Assembly (NCBI GenBank): GCA_017512805.1
Contig: JAFWES010000049.1
Location: 795 to 64,794 of the forward strand
Reading direction: 5' to 3'
Length of the DNA: 64,000 nucleotides
Source: Clostridia bacterium
Lineage (GTDB): Bacteria > Bacillota > Clostridia > Christensenellales > Aristaeellaceae
Shown here piece after piece: positions 37,540 through 47,430 of this stretch; the stretch's first letter is position 1; every line of letters starts with the position of its first letter. The translations under genes were made by a program, and so were the position numbers. The notes under the pieces were generated by a model, which worked only from the letters and a program-made list of their open reading frames with translations, did no database searches and was not told the DNA's origin.

Positions 37540-38607
37540 TTATCCGACGATCCGCCAGTGCTTGTCCTCATGGTTGAGAAGCTCACAGCCGTCCTCGGTG
37601 ACCATCACCAGATCCTCCACCCGCACGCCGAATTTCCCCGGCAGATAAACGCCCGGTTCAATAGAGAAAATCATCCCCGGCTCCGTCAGCCTTGTGTTCG
37701 CGCTGCTGACGTCCCCTTTTTCGTGGTCCGTCTGGCCGATGAAGTGCCCCAGCCTGTGATTGAAGTACGCCCCGTACCCCGCCGCCGTAATATGATCCCG
37801 GGCCGCGGCGTCGATGTCGCAGAAGCGTACGCCCGGCCGGATGATGGCCTCCGCCTTCTCGTTCGCCTCCCGGACCAGATCGTGAATCTTCGTCTGCTCC
37901 GGATCCGCCGTCCTGCAATAGAATGTCCGGGTCATGTCGGAGCAGTACCGATCCTTCACGCATCCCATATCGATCAGCACGCAATCCCCTGCCCTGAGCG
38001 CCGTATCGTCCGGTTCGTGATGCGGATCCGCGGCGTGGGCGCCAAAGGACACGATGGTGGAAAAGCTGCAGCCGCTGCAGCCCCGTTCCAGGAACGCCGC
38101 GTCGATAAAAGCGGCCACCTGTTTCTCCGTCATGCCCTCCCTGACGTATTCGGAGGCCAGCCGGTTCACCTCGTCATTGATCCTGGACGCCTCCCTCATC
38201 TTGGCCTTCTCCGCCTCGTCCTTGACCGCCCGGCAGTCGTCCACGCAGTCGCTGGCCAGCACCGGCTTCATCCCCGGTTTCCGCTCCATCAGCGGGATCA
38301 GGAATCCGGCTTTCCATTCCTTATCGATCCCCAGGGGACCTTCGTCCACCTTCCCGGCCATCAGGCCGATCGAATCGTCCGTGTCGGAGAACCAGCATTC
38401 CTCAAACCCCGTCTGAGCCACATTGTACAGCCTGTTCAGAAAAAACACGTGGTTCCCGTCCGCCCTGACCAGGAATGTGAACAGGCGCTCGTAAGGCTCC
38501 ACATCCACCCCCGTCAGATACCAGATGCTCTTCGGGTCGGATACCATCATCTGGGTCAGGCCCATGGCCTTCATTTTATCCTGAACCCGCTGAATTCTGC
38601 TTTCCAT
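37540..38607 (-). CDS. Xaa-Pro aminopeptidase/dipeptidase (M24B)
   Basis: PHH, DMG...YCSDMTRT, HRLGH.IG...HE, EPGVY, GVRVED. Confidence 0.92.
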   Translation of the reverse strand: MESRIQRVQDKMKAMGLTQMMVSDPKSIWYLTGVDVEPYERLFTFLVRADGNHVFFLNRLYNVAQTGFEECWFSDTDDSIGLMAGKVDEGPLGIDKEWKAGFLIPLMERKPGMKPVLASDCVDDCRAVKDEAEKAKMREASRINDEVNRLASEYVREGMTEKQVAAFIDAAFLERGCSGCSFSTIVSFGAHAADPHHEPDDTALRAGDCVLIDMGCVKDRYCSDMTRTFYCRTADPEQTKIHDLVREANEKAEAIIRPGVRFCDIDAAARDHITAAGYGAYFNHRLGHFIGQTDHEKGDVSSANTRLTEPGMIFSIEPGVYLPGKFGVRVEDLVMVTEDGCELLNHEDKHWRIVG

Positions 38608-38775
38608 GAATTTGCCCCCTCTTTTGTTCGCCTCGCGGCAGTTGCCTTCGGCAAACATCATATCACATTTCCCCGGAAAAAGGAAATGCTTTCATACGAT
38701 CTTGGTCTGAATACATCGTTATAAGACCGAGGCCGCGAACCGCGGATGATTCTTCCCTCCCGCAGGCGTGGCGCG

Positions 38776-38816
38776 AAAAGAAAAGAGCCCCGCCCCTTGG
38801 GGGTAAGGCTCCTTTT
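38776..38816 (-). terminator. Intrinsic terminator after serS
   Basis: GAGCC...GGCTC stem followed by TTTTCTTTT on the minus strand. Confidence 0.65.
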
Positions 38817-38820
38817 ACGC

Positions 38821-40101
38821 TTATCCGATATGATCTTTTCCGCCCATATACATCCGCAGGGCTTCCGGAATCGCAACCGTTCCGTCCGCCCGCAGATTGT
38901 TCTCCAGGAAGGCGATCAGCATCCGGGGCGGCGCCACGCAGGTGTTGTTCAGCGTATGCGCGAAGTATTTTTTCTTGTCCTTGGTCCTGACCCGGATCTG
39001 CAGCCGCCGGGCCTGGGCGTCGCCCAGGTTGGAGCAGCTTCCCACCTCAAAGTACTTCTTCTGCCGGGGGCTCCAGGCTTCCACGTCCAGGCTCTTGACC
39101 TTCAGATCCGCCAGGTCGCCGCTGCAGCATTCCAGCGTCCGGACCGGGATATCCAGGGTCCGGAAGAAGTCCACCGTATTCTGCCAGAGTTTATCGAACC
39201 ACATCATCGAGTCCTCCGGCTTGCAGACCACGATCATTTCCTGCTTTTCAAACTGGTGAATCCGGTACACGCCCCGCTCTTCGATGCCGTGGGCGCCCAC
39301 TTCCTTCCGGAAGCAGGGGCTGTAGCTGGTCAGGGTTTTGGGGAGTTCCTCCTCCTCCAGAATGGTATCGATGAACTTGCCGATCATGCTGTGCTCGGAG
39401 GTGCCGATCAGGTACAGATCCTCCCCTTCGATCTTGTACATCATGTTTTCCATCTCGGCAAAGCTCATGACCCCGGTCACCACGTCCCCGTGAATCATAT
39501 ACGGCGGAATCACGTAGGTAAATCCCCGGTCAATCATAAAATCCCGGGCATAGGACAGGATCGCGCTGTGCAGCCGCGCAATGTCCCCCATCAGATAATA
39601 GAATCCGTTCCCGCTGGTTTTCCGCGCCGCGTCCAGATCGATCCCGTTCAGTCTCGCCATAATATCCGTATGGTACGGGATCTCCCATTCGGGAACCACC
39701 GGCTCGCCGTAGCGCTGGATCTCCACATTTTCGCTGTCGTCCTTCCCGATGGGAACGGAGTCGTCGATGATGTTTGGAATCACCAGCATCCGCTTGCGGA
39801 TCTCCGCCTTCAGCTCCTCTTCCTTTGCTTCCAGCCGTTCCAGTTCCTTCGCAAGCTCCGCGTTCTCCGCCTTGGCCGCCTCGGCTTCTTCCTTCCGGCC
39901 TTTGCCCATCAGCATACCGATCTGGTCGCTCTTCTTCTTCCGCTGGTTCCGGACGCCGTCCGCCTGCTGCTGCGCGGCCCGGTACTCCCTGTCCAGGGCA
40001 GAGACCTCGTCCACCATGGGCAGCTTTTCATCCTGAAACTTCTTCCGGATATTCTCCTTCACTTTTTCCGGATCGTTCCGGATCAGATTGATATCAATCA
40101 T
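38821..40101 (-). CDS. serS: Serine--tRNA ligase
   Basis: N-terminal coiled coil, LIGTSEH, CFRKEVG, RIHQFEKQE, EVGSCSN, HTLNNT. Confidence 0.97.
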   Translation of the reverse strand: MIDINLIRNDPEKVKENIRKKFQDEKLPMVDEVSALDREYRAAQQQADGVRNQRKKKSDQIGMLMGKGRKEEAEAAKAENAELAKELERLEAKEEELKAEIRKRMLVIPNIIDDSVPIGKDDSENVEIQRYGEPVVPEWEIPYHTDIMARLNGIDLDAARKTSGNGFYYLMGDIARLHSAILSYARDFMIDRGFTYVIPPYMIHGDVVTGVMSFAEMENMMYKIEGEDLYLIGTSEHSMIGKFIDTILEEEELPKTLTSYSPCFRKEVGAHGIEERGVYRIHQFEKQEMIVVCKPEDSMMWFDKLWQNTVDFFRTLDIPVRTLECCSGDLADLKVKSLDVEAWSPRQKKYFEVGSCSNLGDAQARRLQIRVRTKDKKKYFAHTLNNTCVAPPRMLIAFLENNLRADGTVAIPEALRMYMGGKDHIG

Positions 40102-40177
40102 GGCTTCTGCCTCCTGTGATCGTCGTTTCCGCTCTGACTTCGCTTTCGCTCGTCAGTCGCGGGTGCTCACCGCCTGC

Positions 40178-41146
40178 TTACTTTTTCACCGTGATGACCA
40201 CGTGCCGGTTGGGCTCCTCCCCTTCGCTATGGGTCGTCACGTTTTCGTTGCTCTGCAGCGCGAAGTGGATAATCCTCCGCTCGTAGGGATTCATGGGCTC
40301 CAGGCTGACCCTTCGTCCGGTCCGGAGCGCCCGGTTCGCCATCCGGTTGGCCAGCCGGATCAGGGTATCCTCCCGACGGGCGCGGTAATTCTCCGTATCC
40401 AGGGTCACCCGGGTGTAGCCTTCCCGGCCCCGGTTGACCTTCAGGCTGGTCAGATACTGCAGCGCGTCCAGCGTTTCCCCCCGCCGGCCAATCAGGATTC
40501 CCAGAGGATCCCCGGTCATAGAGGCATACACGTTTCCGTCCGGATCAGTCCCCATCTCAACGTCCACATCCACGCCCATCAGCTTCGTGATCTCCGTCAG
40601 GAAGGCCTTCGCCGTTCCGGCCGGGCTTTCCGGATCGATCTGCTCCGGGTGAATGACGGTGATCTCCGGCTTCTCCAGGGTCCGCAGCTCTTTCTCTTCC
40701 GCCTCGGCGGCGATCCCGGCTTCCGCGGTTTCCTCCGCCGCCGGCGCGGCATCCGCTTCCGCCTTCGGCGCCGCCGGGGTTTCCGGTTTCTTCGGGGCGA
40801 CCCGCCGCACGGGCTCCGGCCGCCGTTCCTCCGGCTTCTCCGCCTCTTTTTCAGGTTCCAAAGCCACGGCCGGCGCCTCCGCCTTTTCCGCTTTCGGCTT
40901 CTTCTCCGCCGGTTTCTTCGCCCGCGGAGCCTCCGGCTCCTCCATCAGGCCCTCCAGCAGATCGTCTTCCTCATCCCGCACGGTCAGGCTGACTTTCGCC
41001 AGCCGGCTGCCGAAGAGCCCGAAAAGCCCCTTGCTTCCCTCTTCCAGAACCTGCACGTCCACGTCGCCGATCCCGACGCCCAGCTCCTGCAGCCCCTGCT
41101 CAATCGCTTCCTCCACTGTCCTGGCGGATGTTTCCAGCTTTTTCAT
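40178..41146 (-). CDS. jag: RNA-binding cell elongation regulator Jag/EloR (KhpB)
   Basis: Jag_N (TVEEAIEQGL...GLFG), KH (LIGRRGETLDALQYL), R3H (MNPYERRIIH). Confidence 0.95.
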   Translation of the reverse strand: MKKLETSARTVEEAIEQGLQELGVGIGDVDVQVLEEGSKGLFGLFGSRLAKVSLTVRDEEDDLLEGLMEEPEAPRAKKPAEKKPKAEKAEAPAVALEPEKEAEKPEERRPEPVRRVAPKKPETPAAPKAEADAAPAAEETAEAGIAAEAEEKELRTLEKPEITVIHPEQIDPESPAGTAKAFLTEITKLMGVDVDVEMGTDPDGNVYASMTGDPLGILIGRRGETLDALQYLTSLKVNRGREGYTRVTLDTENYRARREDTLIRLANRMANRALRTGRRVSLEPMNPYERRIIHFALQSNENVTTHSEGEEPNRHVVITVKK

Positions 41147-41149
41147 CCT

Positions 41150-42154
41150 TTATTTCACCGTACCCTCTCCGGCCATCTTTGCCTTCTGTTCCTTGCTGTC
41201 CAGCACCTTGTTGATCGCCACCGTCTGCACCATCATGACCAGGTTGCCCGTCACCCAGTACAGGGCGAAGGCGGAGCTGTATCCGAAGCAGATCACCAGC
41301 GAGAAGATCGGGAAGAACCAGTTCATCATCTTGCTGGTGGCCGCCGCCTGATCGTTGCCCGAGGAGCTCTGGGGCTGCTGCTGAGCGCCGGTCACCTTCG
41401 TCATGATGATCTGGGTCACGGCGCTGAGGATCGGCAAAATCATATATCCGTTGTATTCGTTGACCAGCGTCAGCCTGGCCAGAATCAGGTTGAAGGTCCA
41501 CCCGTCCCTGGTCGCGATGGCGTTGGCGTAGCTGGCGTTGCCCTTCATGGCTTCCACCAGGGTATTGATCGTCGCCTGCAGATTGGCATTGTCGAAGCTC
41601 TCCGCCGTCAGACCCAGGTCTTGCATCAGCACCGGCAGGTTCTCGCCCAGGCCGCTGTACCAGCTCTTCCACAGGTCGGCGGAAATCTGCCTCAGGGTGT
41701 CCGCGTTCGGCCAGGCGGGGCTAAACAGGCTGTCCGGCATCCACAGGTTCTTGATCCACAGCCAGGGCTCCATGGTCGGCGCCTCATTGTTCAGAATCTG
41801 GCCCACCTGCTGCAGAAGCTCCCGGTTCGCCGCCGTCCGCATGGCGGAAAACACGATGATCAGGATCGGCCAGGTCAGCAGCAGCGGCAGGCAGCTGCTC
41901 ATGGGGTTGACCCCTTCCTTCTTATACAGCTCCGCCGTTTTCTGATTCAGCTTTTCCTTGTCGTTGGCATACTTTTTCTGCAGCTCGTTCAGCTTGGGCT
42001 GAAGCAGCTGCGTTTTCCGCATGCTGGCCCTGCTGCGGATATCCAGCGGCGTCAGCACCAGGCGGATCAGGATGGTGAAGATGACCATCGACCAGCCCCA
42101 GTTTCCGACCCAGCTGTTGATCCAGCTCAGGAAGTTGAATAGCGCTTCGTTCAT
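41150..42154 (-). CDS. yidC: Membrane protein insertase YidC/SpoIIIJ
   Basis: WGWSMVIFTILIR, LYKKEGVNPMSSCLP, WLWIKNL, LYW. Confidence 0.95.
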   Translation of the reverse strand: MNEALFNFLSWINSWVGNWGWSMVIFTILIRLVLTPLDIRSRASMRKTQLLQPKLNELQKKYANDKEKLNQKTAELYKKEGVNPMSSCLPLLLTWPILIIVFSAMRTAANRELLQQVGQILNNEAPTMEPWLWIKNLWMPDSLFSPAWPNADTLRQISADLWKSWYSGLGENLPVLMQDLGLTAESFDNANLQATINTLVEAMKGNASYANAIATRDGWTFNLILARLTLVNEYNGYMILPILSAVTQIIMTKVTGAQQQPQSSSGNDQAAATSKMMNWFFPIFSLVICFGYSSAFALYWVTGNLVMMVQTVAINKVLDSKEQKAKMAGEGTVK

Positions 42155-42160
42155 CCTTGG

Positions 42161-42403
42161 TTATTCCCTCCTTATGATTGTATACAGATCCTCGGGAACC
42201 GGGTCATATCCGCCCCTGCTGAAGGGGTTGCACCGCAGCAGCCGCCAAAGCGCCATCCGCCCGCCCTTCCAGGCGCCGTACCGCTGAATCGCGGTCACCG
42301 CGTACTGGCTGCAGCAGGGGATATAGCGGCAGCTGGGGAGCCTCTTCCGGGGGCTGATATACCGCTGATAAAAACGGATCAATGCCAGAAAGACCTTTTT
42401 CAT
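42161..42403 (-). CDS. yidD: Membrane protein insertion efficiency factor YidD
   Basis: [35 protein letters not shown]. Confidence 0.95.
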   Translation of the reverse strand: MKKVFLALIRFYQRYISPRKRLPSCRYIPCCSQYAVTAIQRYGAWKGGRMALWRLLRCNPFSRGGYDPVPEDLYTIIRRE

Positions 42404-42744
42404 TCGGCGCGATTCCCTTCCTTCAGGGCTCCCTGCTTCTTCAGCAGATAGCGCACGTCCTTTTTCAGGCTCTGGAAGGTGGCCTTCGCGGCTGAGGGCC
42501 TGGCGACGATCACGTACAGGCCGGTTTTCACATCCCCCAGACAGGGCCGAAAGCATTCCCGCAGGCGGCGCTTGATCCTGTTCCTGGTCACCGCGTTGCC
42601 CACTTTTTTGCTGACGGAAAACCCGACCTTCAGCTCCCGCCCCTTGGCGTGAAGCATGACCAGATCCCTGCAGGCGGCAGACTGTCCACGCCGGTAGACA
42701 TACTGGAACGCCCGGTTCTTTTTCAGCCGATACTGTCTTTCCAT
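42400..42744 (-). CDS. rnpA: Ribonuclease P protein component
   Basis: [31 protein letters not shown]. Confidence 0.96.
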   Translation of the reverse strand: MERQYRLKKNRAFQYVYRRGQSAACRDLVMLHAKGRELKVGFSVSKKVGNAVTRNRIKRRLRECFRPCLGDVKTGLYVIVARPSAAKATFQSLKKDVRYLLKKQGALKEGNRAE

Positions 42745-42844
42745 GTTTCCTTTCTCCGGTCTCCGTTCCCGGGAATGGCTGTCAGTATTCCCGCCGGCCC
42801 CCTCCCGTCCCGGCGGCCGCGGTTTTTCCTTCCGGATAAAGTGG

Positions 42845-42876
42845 AAAAAGCCCGCCTTATATCACACAAGGCGGGC
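42845..42876 (-). terminator. Intrinsic terminator/attenuator between rpmH and rnpA
   Basis: GCCCGCCTT-9-AAGGCGGGC followed by TTTTT on the minus strand. Confidence 0.7.
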
Positions 42877-42915
42877 CTTTATCCACAGTCAAGCGTTGCA
42901 GCTGGACGGTGCCGG

Positions 42916-43050
42916 TCACACCGTCAGCTCCTTGCGGCCGCGACGGCGGCGGGCAGCCAGCACACGGCGGCCGTTCTTGGTGGCCATGCGGGCGCGGAAG
43001 CCGTGGACCTTGCTGCGCTGACGCTTTTTGGGCTGATACGTACGGAACAT
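42916..43050 (-). CDS. rpmH: 50S ribosomal protein L34
   Basis: Manual translation [44 protein letters not shown] (44 aa, not in the ORF track). Confidence 0.97.
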   Translation of the reverse strand: MFRTYQPKKRQRSKVHGFRARMATKNGRRVLAARRRRGRKELTV

Positions 43051-43137
43051 ATTCTCGTCACTCCTCTGTCAATAATCATTCAAAGGGGGCCTCCCCATCC
43101 CGGGAAAAACCCCCGGAACCGCTCAAACAGCCTTTAA

Positions 43138-43166
43138 AGTATACGGAAGGATCATCCAAAAGTCAA
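43138..43166 (-). promoter_or_regulatory. Sigma-A promoter for rpmH
   Basis: TTGACT-17-TATACT on the minus strand. Confidence 0.7.
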
Positions 43167-43181
43167 GTTGTTTTTCCGGAA

Positions 43182-44300
43182 TTATTTTCGGGTTTCGTTC
43201 CGTTTTCCCACCCGCCACCGGTCCAGCAGGAACAGAACCGCCCCCCAGCGGATCATGCCGCTCCAGAAGCGAATCTCCGCCATTTCCGGCGTTTTCCACT
43301 GCATGGGCTTCGCCGCGGCGGCGGTCAGGCTCCAAAAGGTCTCCCTGATGGCATCCGGATCCACCAGGACCCGGGGAATCCACTCCGGGAACTGAAGCAT
43401 GACGTCCGCCATCATCATGACCAGCAGCACCCCGACGCCGATGCCCGCGCCGAAGAGCAGCAGCATTCCGGCCACCCGGATCAGGGCAAACCCGATCAGC
43501 TTCCCGGCGTACACATTCTGCCCTTTCTCCCGGATCTGCCCGCGCCAGATCACGCTCCGCCTCTTCGCGTACCGGAACCAGACCGCCAGCAGCCGGATGC
43601 CGATGACCAGCGCCATCACCCGCAGCAGAACGGTCCCCCGGTTCCGCTCCTTTCCCAGATGGAAGGCCTGGCCGTCCCCAAACCGGTCCCTGGCCGTCTT
43701 TTCAAAGGTGGTATGCATGGCGGACAGCCCGCCGCCCCCGGCGGAAAACACCATCACATCGCTTTGGGGGGCGCCGCTGACGCCCAGGGGGATCCAGGCG
43801 GCGCAGGCGTCCTCTTCCCCGATGCGGCGGACGTGCTTCACCACCCCCACCGTTTCGTATACCTTGTCTTCAATCTTCACCTGCCGGCCGATGGGATCCA
43901 GTTCCCCGAAAAGCTGGAAGGCTGTGGATTCATCCAGAACCGCCACCTGGCTTCCGGCTTCCACGTCTCCTGCGGCAATGAGCCTCCCCCGAACCAGCTC
44001 CTGGGCGTACACGGAATGCCAGTCCCCGGAAACCCGGTACAGGGTCACGCCGCTGACTGTCTTCTTCTCCGTCCCCACGGCCAGGCCCGCGGTGCTCCCG
44101 TGAAGGGCGATGGATCCGCTGTCGGTCCCCAGTTCCTTTTGCGTTTCGGAAAGCACCTGAGACGCGTTGATGTCCTTCGGCGCAAAGACATACTGACTCA
44201 TGGCCGGCCCGCTGTAAAGGCCGATCAGTCCCGCGATGACCAGCATCGCCCCCAGGACCCCCGGAACGGAGGGTCTGTATTTCTTCTTCATGCTGTTCAA
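43182..44300 (-). CDS. MacB/FtsX-like ABC permease with periplasmic core domain
   Basis: N-terminal TM; GRLI...VAVLDESTAFQLFG..DPIGRQV.I....YETVGVV (MacB_PCD-like); three C-terminal hydrophobic segments. Confidence 0.8.
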   Translation of the reverse strand: MNSMKKKYRPSVPGVLGAMLVIAGLIGLYSGPAMSQYVFAPKDINASQVLSETQKELGTDSGSIALHGSTAGLAVGTEKKTVSGVTLYRVSGDWHSVYAQELVRGRLIAAGDVEAGSQVAVLDESTAFQLFGELDPIGRQVKIEDKVYETVGVVKHVRRIGEEDACAAWIPLGVSGAPQSDVMVFSAGGGGLSAMHTTFEKTARDRFGDGQAFHLGKERNRGTVLLRVMALVIGIRLLAVWFRYAKRRSVIWRGQIREKGQNVYAGKLIGFALIRVAGMLLLFGAGIGVGVLLVMMMADVMLQFPEWIPRVLVDPDAIRETFWSLTAAAAKPMQWKTPEMAEIRFWSGMIRWGAVLFLLDRWRVGKRNETRK

Positions 44301-44315
44301 GCTCTCCGTCCGCTC

Positions 44316-45650
44316 TTATTCATAGGTCATGACGGTGGCCCCTTCGCTGATGGCCCGATCCTCCATGTAAATGATCTGCTCATAGCTCAGGTCCTCCGAC
44401 ACCGATACGGTGCTCCCGGATTCGCCCAGCACGGTGACGCTCATCTTTTTGCACTTCAGCCGGTTTCCGCCGAAGGTGGAACTCTCCCGCTCCGCCACAT
44501 AAACGTACCGGTCGCTGCCGCTGCCGCGGACCGCGCTGGCCGGCACCAGGCAGGTGGATTCCTTGGCCTTGCTGGAGAGGATCAGTTTGATTTCGCTGAG
44601 CTTCATCATCTCCGCGACACTGCCCAGCGCATACCGGACATCCTTATTGATCGCGCAGTCCACGTAGGGATGTCCCTCCAGGCTCAGCCCCGTATCCACC
44701 ACCTTGGTTTCCGTCCGTCCCCAGGTGTCGGAATCCACCTCCAGCACCGATCCCTTTTCCACGGTCTGCGTCAGGCTGCCCAGGTTCACCCGAATCACAG
44801 GATCCGTATCCTCCGGGGTCATCTTCACCAGCACGGTCTCCCCGTCCAGGATGCTGCCCTTTTCGATCGGGACCTCGCTGATATATCCGGCATGGGGCGC
44901 GGTCAGCTTTTCCGCCTGCCTTTTCAGGATCTCCAGGTCGGTGATCCGCTCTTCGGTGTCCGCCATGGTCTGCCGGTATTCTTCCATCTTCCGGATGTCC
45001 GTCCACAGCTCCTCGGGAATGGCAAACCGTTCCAGGGTCTTCAGCTCCTCCTGCTTTCCGGCCCACTCCTTTTCCGCCGCCCTCCAGGCTTCATACGCCT
45101 GCCCGGCGTCCTCATCCGCCTTTTCCGGCAGCGTCCCGTCCGCTTCCAGTTCCAGGCCGGCCTGATTCAAAAGCACCTGCAGATTCACCCGGGCGTTCCG
45201 CTCCTCCTTCATGGCTTTCTGTTCCGCTTCCCAGGCCTCCTGCCACCTGCGCTCGTTATGGCTCAGGCGGATATCTCCCCGCTTCTTCTCCAGGCTCCGC
45301 AGGTTGGTCTGCGCCGTTTCGTAATCCTTTTCCAGGGCGGCCAGGGTCTTGTCCGCGTCCGTCACCTTGCCCACAGCCAGCGCGTCCCCGCTCTTCACTT
45401 TGTCCCCCACAGCGACCCGGACCCGGGTCACGGTCAGGCTCATCCCTTCGGGAATCGGAATCCGGACTTCTTCCTCCGCCGGAAAAACCACTTTTCCCGT
45501 CAGGTTGGTGCTCTGCTCAAATTTCCCGTTTTTGGCCTGGGCAAAGCGTACCTTGGGGGTCGTCAGCGTCCGGATCGTTCCCGAGAAAAAGATGCACAGG
45601 GCCACCACCACCGCCAGGACGATCATCCCCCGCAGGGCAAATTTCTTCAT
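44316..45650 (-). CDS. HlyD/RND-type membrane-fusion (adaptor) protein
   Basis: N-terminal TM; lipoyl half-motifs V.VGDKVKSGD and LTAPHAG.I flanking a long alpha-hairpin; VPASAV...YVYV. Confidence 0.82.
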   Translation of the reverse strand: MKKFALRGMIVLAVVVALCIFFSGTIRTLTTPKVRFAQAKNGKFEQSTNLTGKVVFPAEEEVRIPIPEGMSLTVTRVRVAVGDKVKSGDALAVGKVTDADKTLAALEKDYETAQTNLRSLEKKRGDIRLSHNERRWQEAWEAEQKAMKEERNARVNLQVLLNQAGLELEADGTLPEKADEDAGQAYEAWRAAEKEWAGKQEELKTLERFAIPEELWTDIRKMEEYRQTMADTEERITDLEILKRQAEKLTAPHAGYISEVPIEKGSILDGETVLVKMTPEDTDPVIRVNLGSLTQTVEKGSVLEVDSDTWGRTETKVVDTGLSLEGHPYVDCAINKDVRYALGSVAEMMKLSEIKLILSSKAKESTCLVPASAVRGSGSDRYVYVAERESSTFGGNRLKCKKMSVTVLGESGSTVSVSEDLSYEQIIYMEDRAISEGATVMTYE

Positions 45651-45698
45651 TGTTTTTCACTCCATTGTCCGCCGGCCGCAGGCCGGCAGGTTCCGTTC

Positions 45699-46559
45699 TT
45701 ATTTCAGCTCCGTCAGGGCAATGCCGCTGAGAATATCCTCCTGGAAAAAAAGGTAGATAAACAGGGCGGGCAGAATATACAGCGTCGCCCCCGCGAACTC
45801 AAACCCCGTGTTTTCCGTGGCCAGTTGATTGAACATGGTGGACAGGGGCTGCAGATCCGTCCGGGTCGTCAGGTAGGTCAGCGGCTGCTCCACCAGGTTC
45901 CAGCTCTCCGCGAAGGAAAGGGCCGCCGCCGCGCCGAGGATCGGCCGGCAGACCGGGAGCACCACCCGCAGGAAGGTGGAGAACGTGCCCGCCCCATCCA
46001 TTTCCGCCGCCTCGATCAGCTCTCCGGGAAGCCCCACCATGAACTGTCGGATCAGGAAGATGTAAAAAGGAGCGAACCACATGGGAATCACCACCGCCCA
46101 GACCGTATCCAGCAGGCCCGCGGACCGCAGCGTCAGCACATTGGGCACCATGGTGACCTGAAAGGGCAGCAGCATCAGCAAAATGATGATAAAAAACAGC
46201 GCGTTTCGTCCGGGAAACCTGAATTTGCTGAGCCCGAAGGCCATGGCCGGAATAATCAGGGCCTGCCCCGAAAGAATCATCGCGGCGTACATGGCGGAGT
46301 TCAGAAACAGCCGCAGAACCGTATTGTCCGCGATGAGAATCTGATGATACTGAAGCAGGGATACCCTGTTCGGAATCAGGTGCGCCTCCATCCACCGGGT
46401 CTCGTCATAGCTGCCCCGCGTCTTCATAAAAGCCTGCATCTCGCTCATGCTGGAGAAGGAATACAGGAAGGTCTGTACCATCGGCAGCAGCAGGATGATG
46501 GCCAGCAGGCCCAGAAAGGTCTGAATCACCCGCAGGCGGAATCCTTTCATTTCTCTCAT
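45699..46559 (-). CDS. Carbohydrate ABC permease (MalG-like)
   Basis: FLNS, KFRFPGR, MLLPFQV, EAA loop LIEAAEMDGA, WN. Confidence 0.92.
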   Translation of the reverse strand: MREMKGFRLRVIQTFLGLLAIILLLPMVQTFLYSFSSMSEMQAFMKTRGSYDETRWMEAHLIPNRVSLLQYHQILIADNTVLRLFLNSAMYAAMILSGQALIIPAMAFGLSKFRFPGRNALFFIIILLMLLPFQVTMVPNVLTLRSAGLLDTVWAVVIPMWFAPFYIFLIRQFMVGLPGELIEAAEMDGAGTFSTFLRVVLPVCRPILGAAAALSFAESWNLVEQPLTYLTTRTDLQPLSTMFNQLATENTGFEFAGATLYILPALFIYLFFQEDILSGIALTELK

Positions 46560-46571
46560 CTTTCCGCCTCC

Positions 46572-47426
46572 TCAGTTCAGCCCGCGCTGGGCCCGGTTCT
46601 GCAGGAAGAACAGCAGTCCGAACAGCGCGAACACGATCCCGGCAAAGATATAGGCCGCCGTCGTCACGTTCTGGTAATTCAGCTTGCTGTACATGTTGTT
46701 CATATAGTTCTGCAGGGTATACAGCGGTTCATCCGGATACGCCCCGCCGATGAAATACACTTCCTTGAAAATCCGGAAGGCGTTCACAAAGCTGAGGATA
46801 AAAACCAGGAAAGCCGAAGGAACGATCATGGGCAGGGTAATGGAAAACGCCTGGCGCAGGAATCCGGCGCCCTCGAGGGCCGCGTATTCATACAGGGAGA
46901 CCGGGATCGCCTGCAGCGCGGCCAGAAAAATGACCACGCAGAACCCCAGGTTTTTCCACAGGAAGAGCAGGACCACGGGCACCCGCAGCTCCGCGCCCTG
47001 CAGCCAGAGCACCCTCTGCCCTCCCAGCAGGAAGATCTGGTGATTGACGGGCCCGCCGTAATCGAACCACAGCAGCCAGATGATCAGAACCGCGCTGGAG
47101 GGCATCAGGTAGGGCAGCAGCACGCTGGAGCGGAAAAACCCGCCCGCCGGCCTGATGCGGTTCAGCAGCAGGCTCAGCAGAAACGACAGCAGAAACAGGC
47201 TGGGGGCGCAGATGAAGGTCAGCTCCATCGTGTTCTTCAGCCCCAGCTGAAACATGCCGTTCTGCCAGACCTTGCTGTAATTGTCCAGCCCGACAAAGGC
47301 GTTTTCAAAGCTTCCGTCCGTCAGGCTGTACCAGATCCCGCCGATAAACGGCGCCACATAGAACATCAGGATTCCGATCAGGCCCGGCAGCAGAAACGGC
47401 AGCACCAGGCGCTTTTTTCTGTACAA
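46572..47426 (-). CDS. Carbohydrate ABC permease (MalF-like)
   Basis: FVGLDNY, LLPYLMP, WKNLG, LQAIP..LYEYAALEGA, ITLP, F..FKEVY. Confidence 0.92.
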   Translation of the reverse strand: MYRKKRLVLPFLLPGLIGILMFYVAPFIGGIWYSLTDGSFENAFVGLDNYSKVWQNGMFQLGLKNTMELTFICAPSLFLLSFLLSLLLNRIRPAGGFFRSSVLLPYLMPSSAVLIIWLLWFDYGGPVNHQIFLLGGQRVLWLQGAELRVPVVLLFLWKNLGFCVVIFLAALQAIPVSLYEYAALEGAGFLRQAFSITLPMIVPSAFLVFILSFVNAFRIFKEVYFIGGAYPDEPLYTLQNYMNNMYSKLNYQNVTTAAYIFAGIVFALFGLLFFLQNRAQRGLN

Positions 47427-47430
47427 GTTC

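Noticed and set aside
40102-40177. T-box leader before serS
   Set aside because: Only 76 bp from the jag stop, with no T-box consensus or terminator
42879-42887. Perfect DnaA box near rpmH suggesting oriC
   Set aside because: Single box within a terminator-flanking stem; no box cluster, no AT-rich unwinding element, no dnaA and no strand switch
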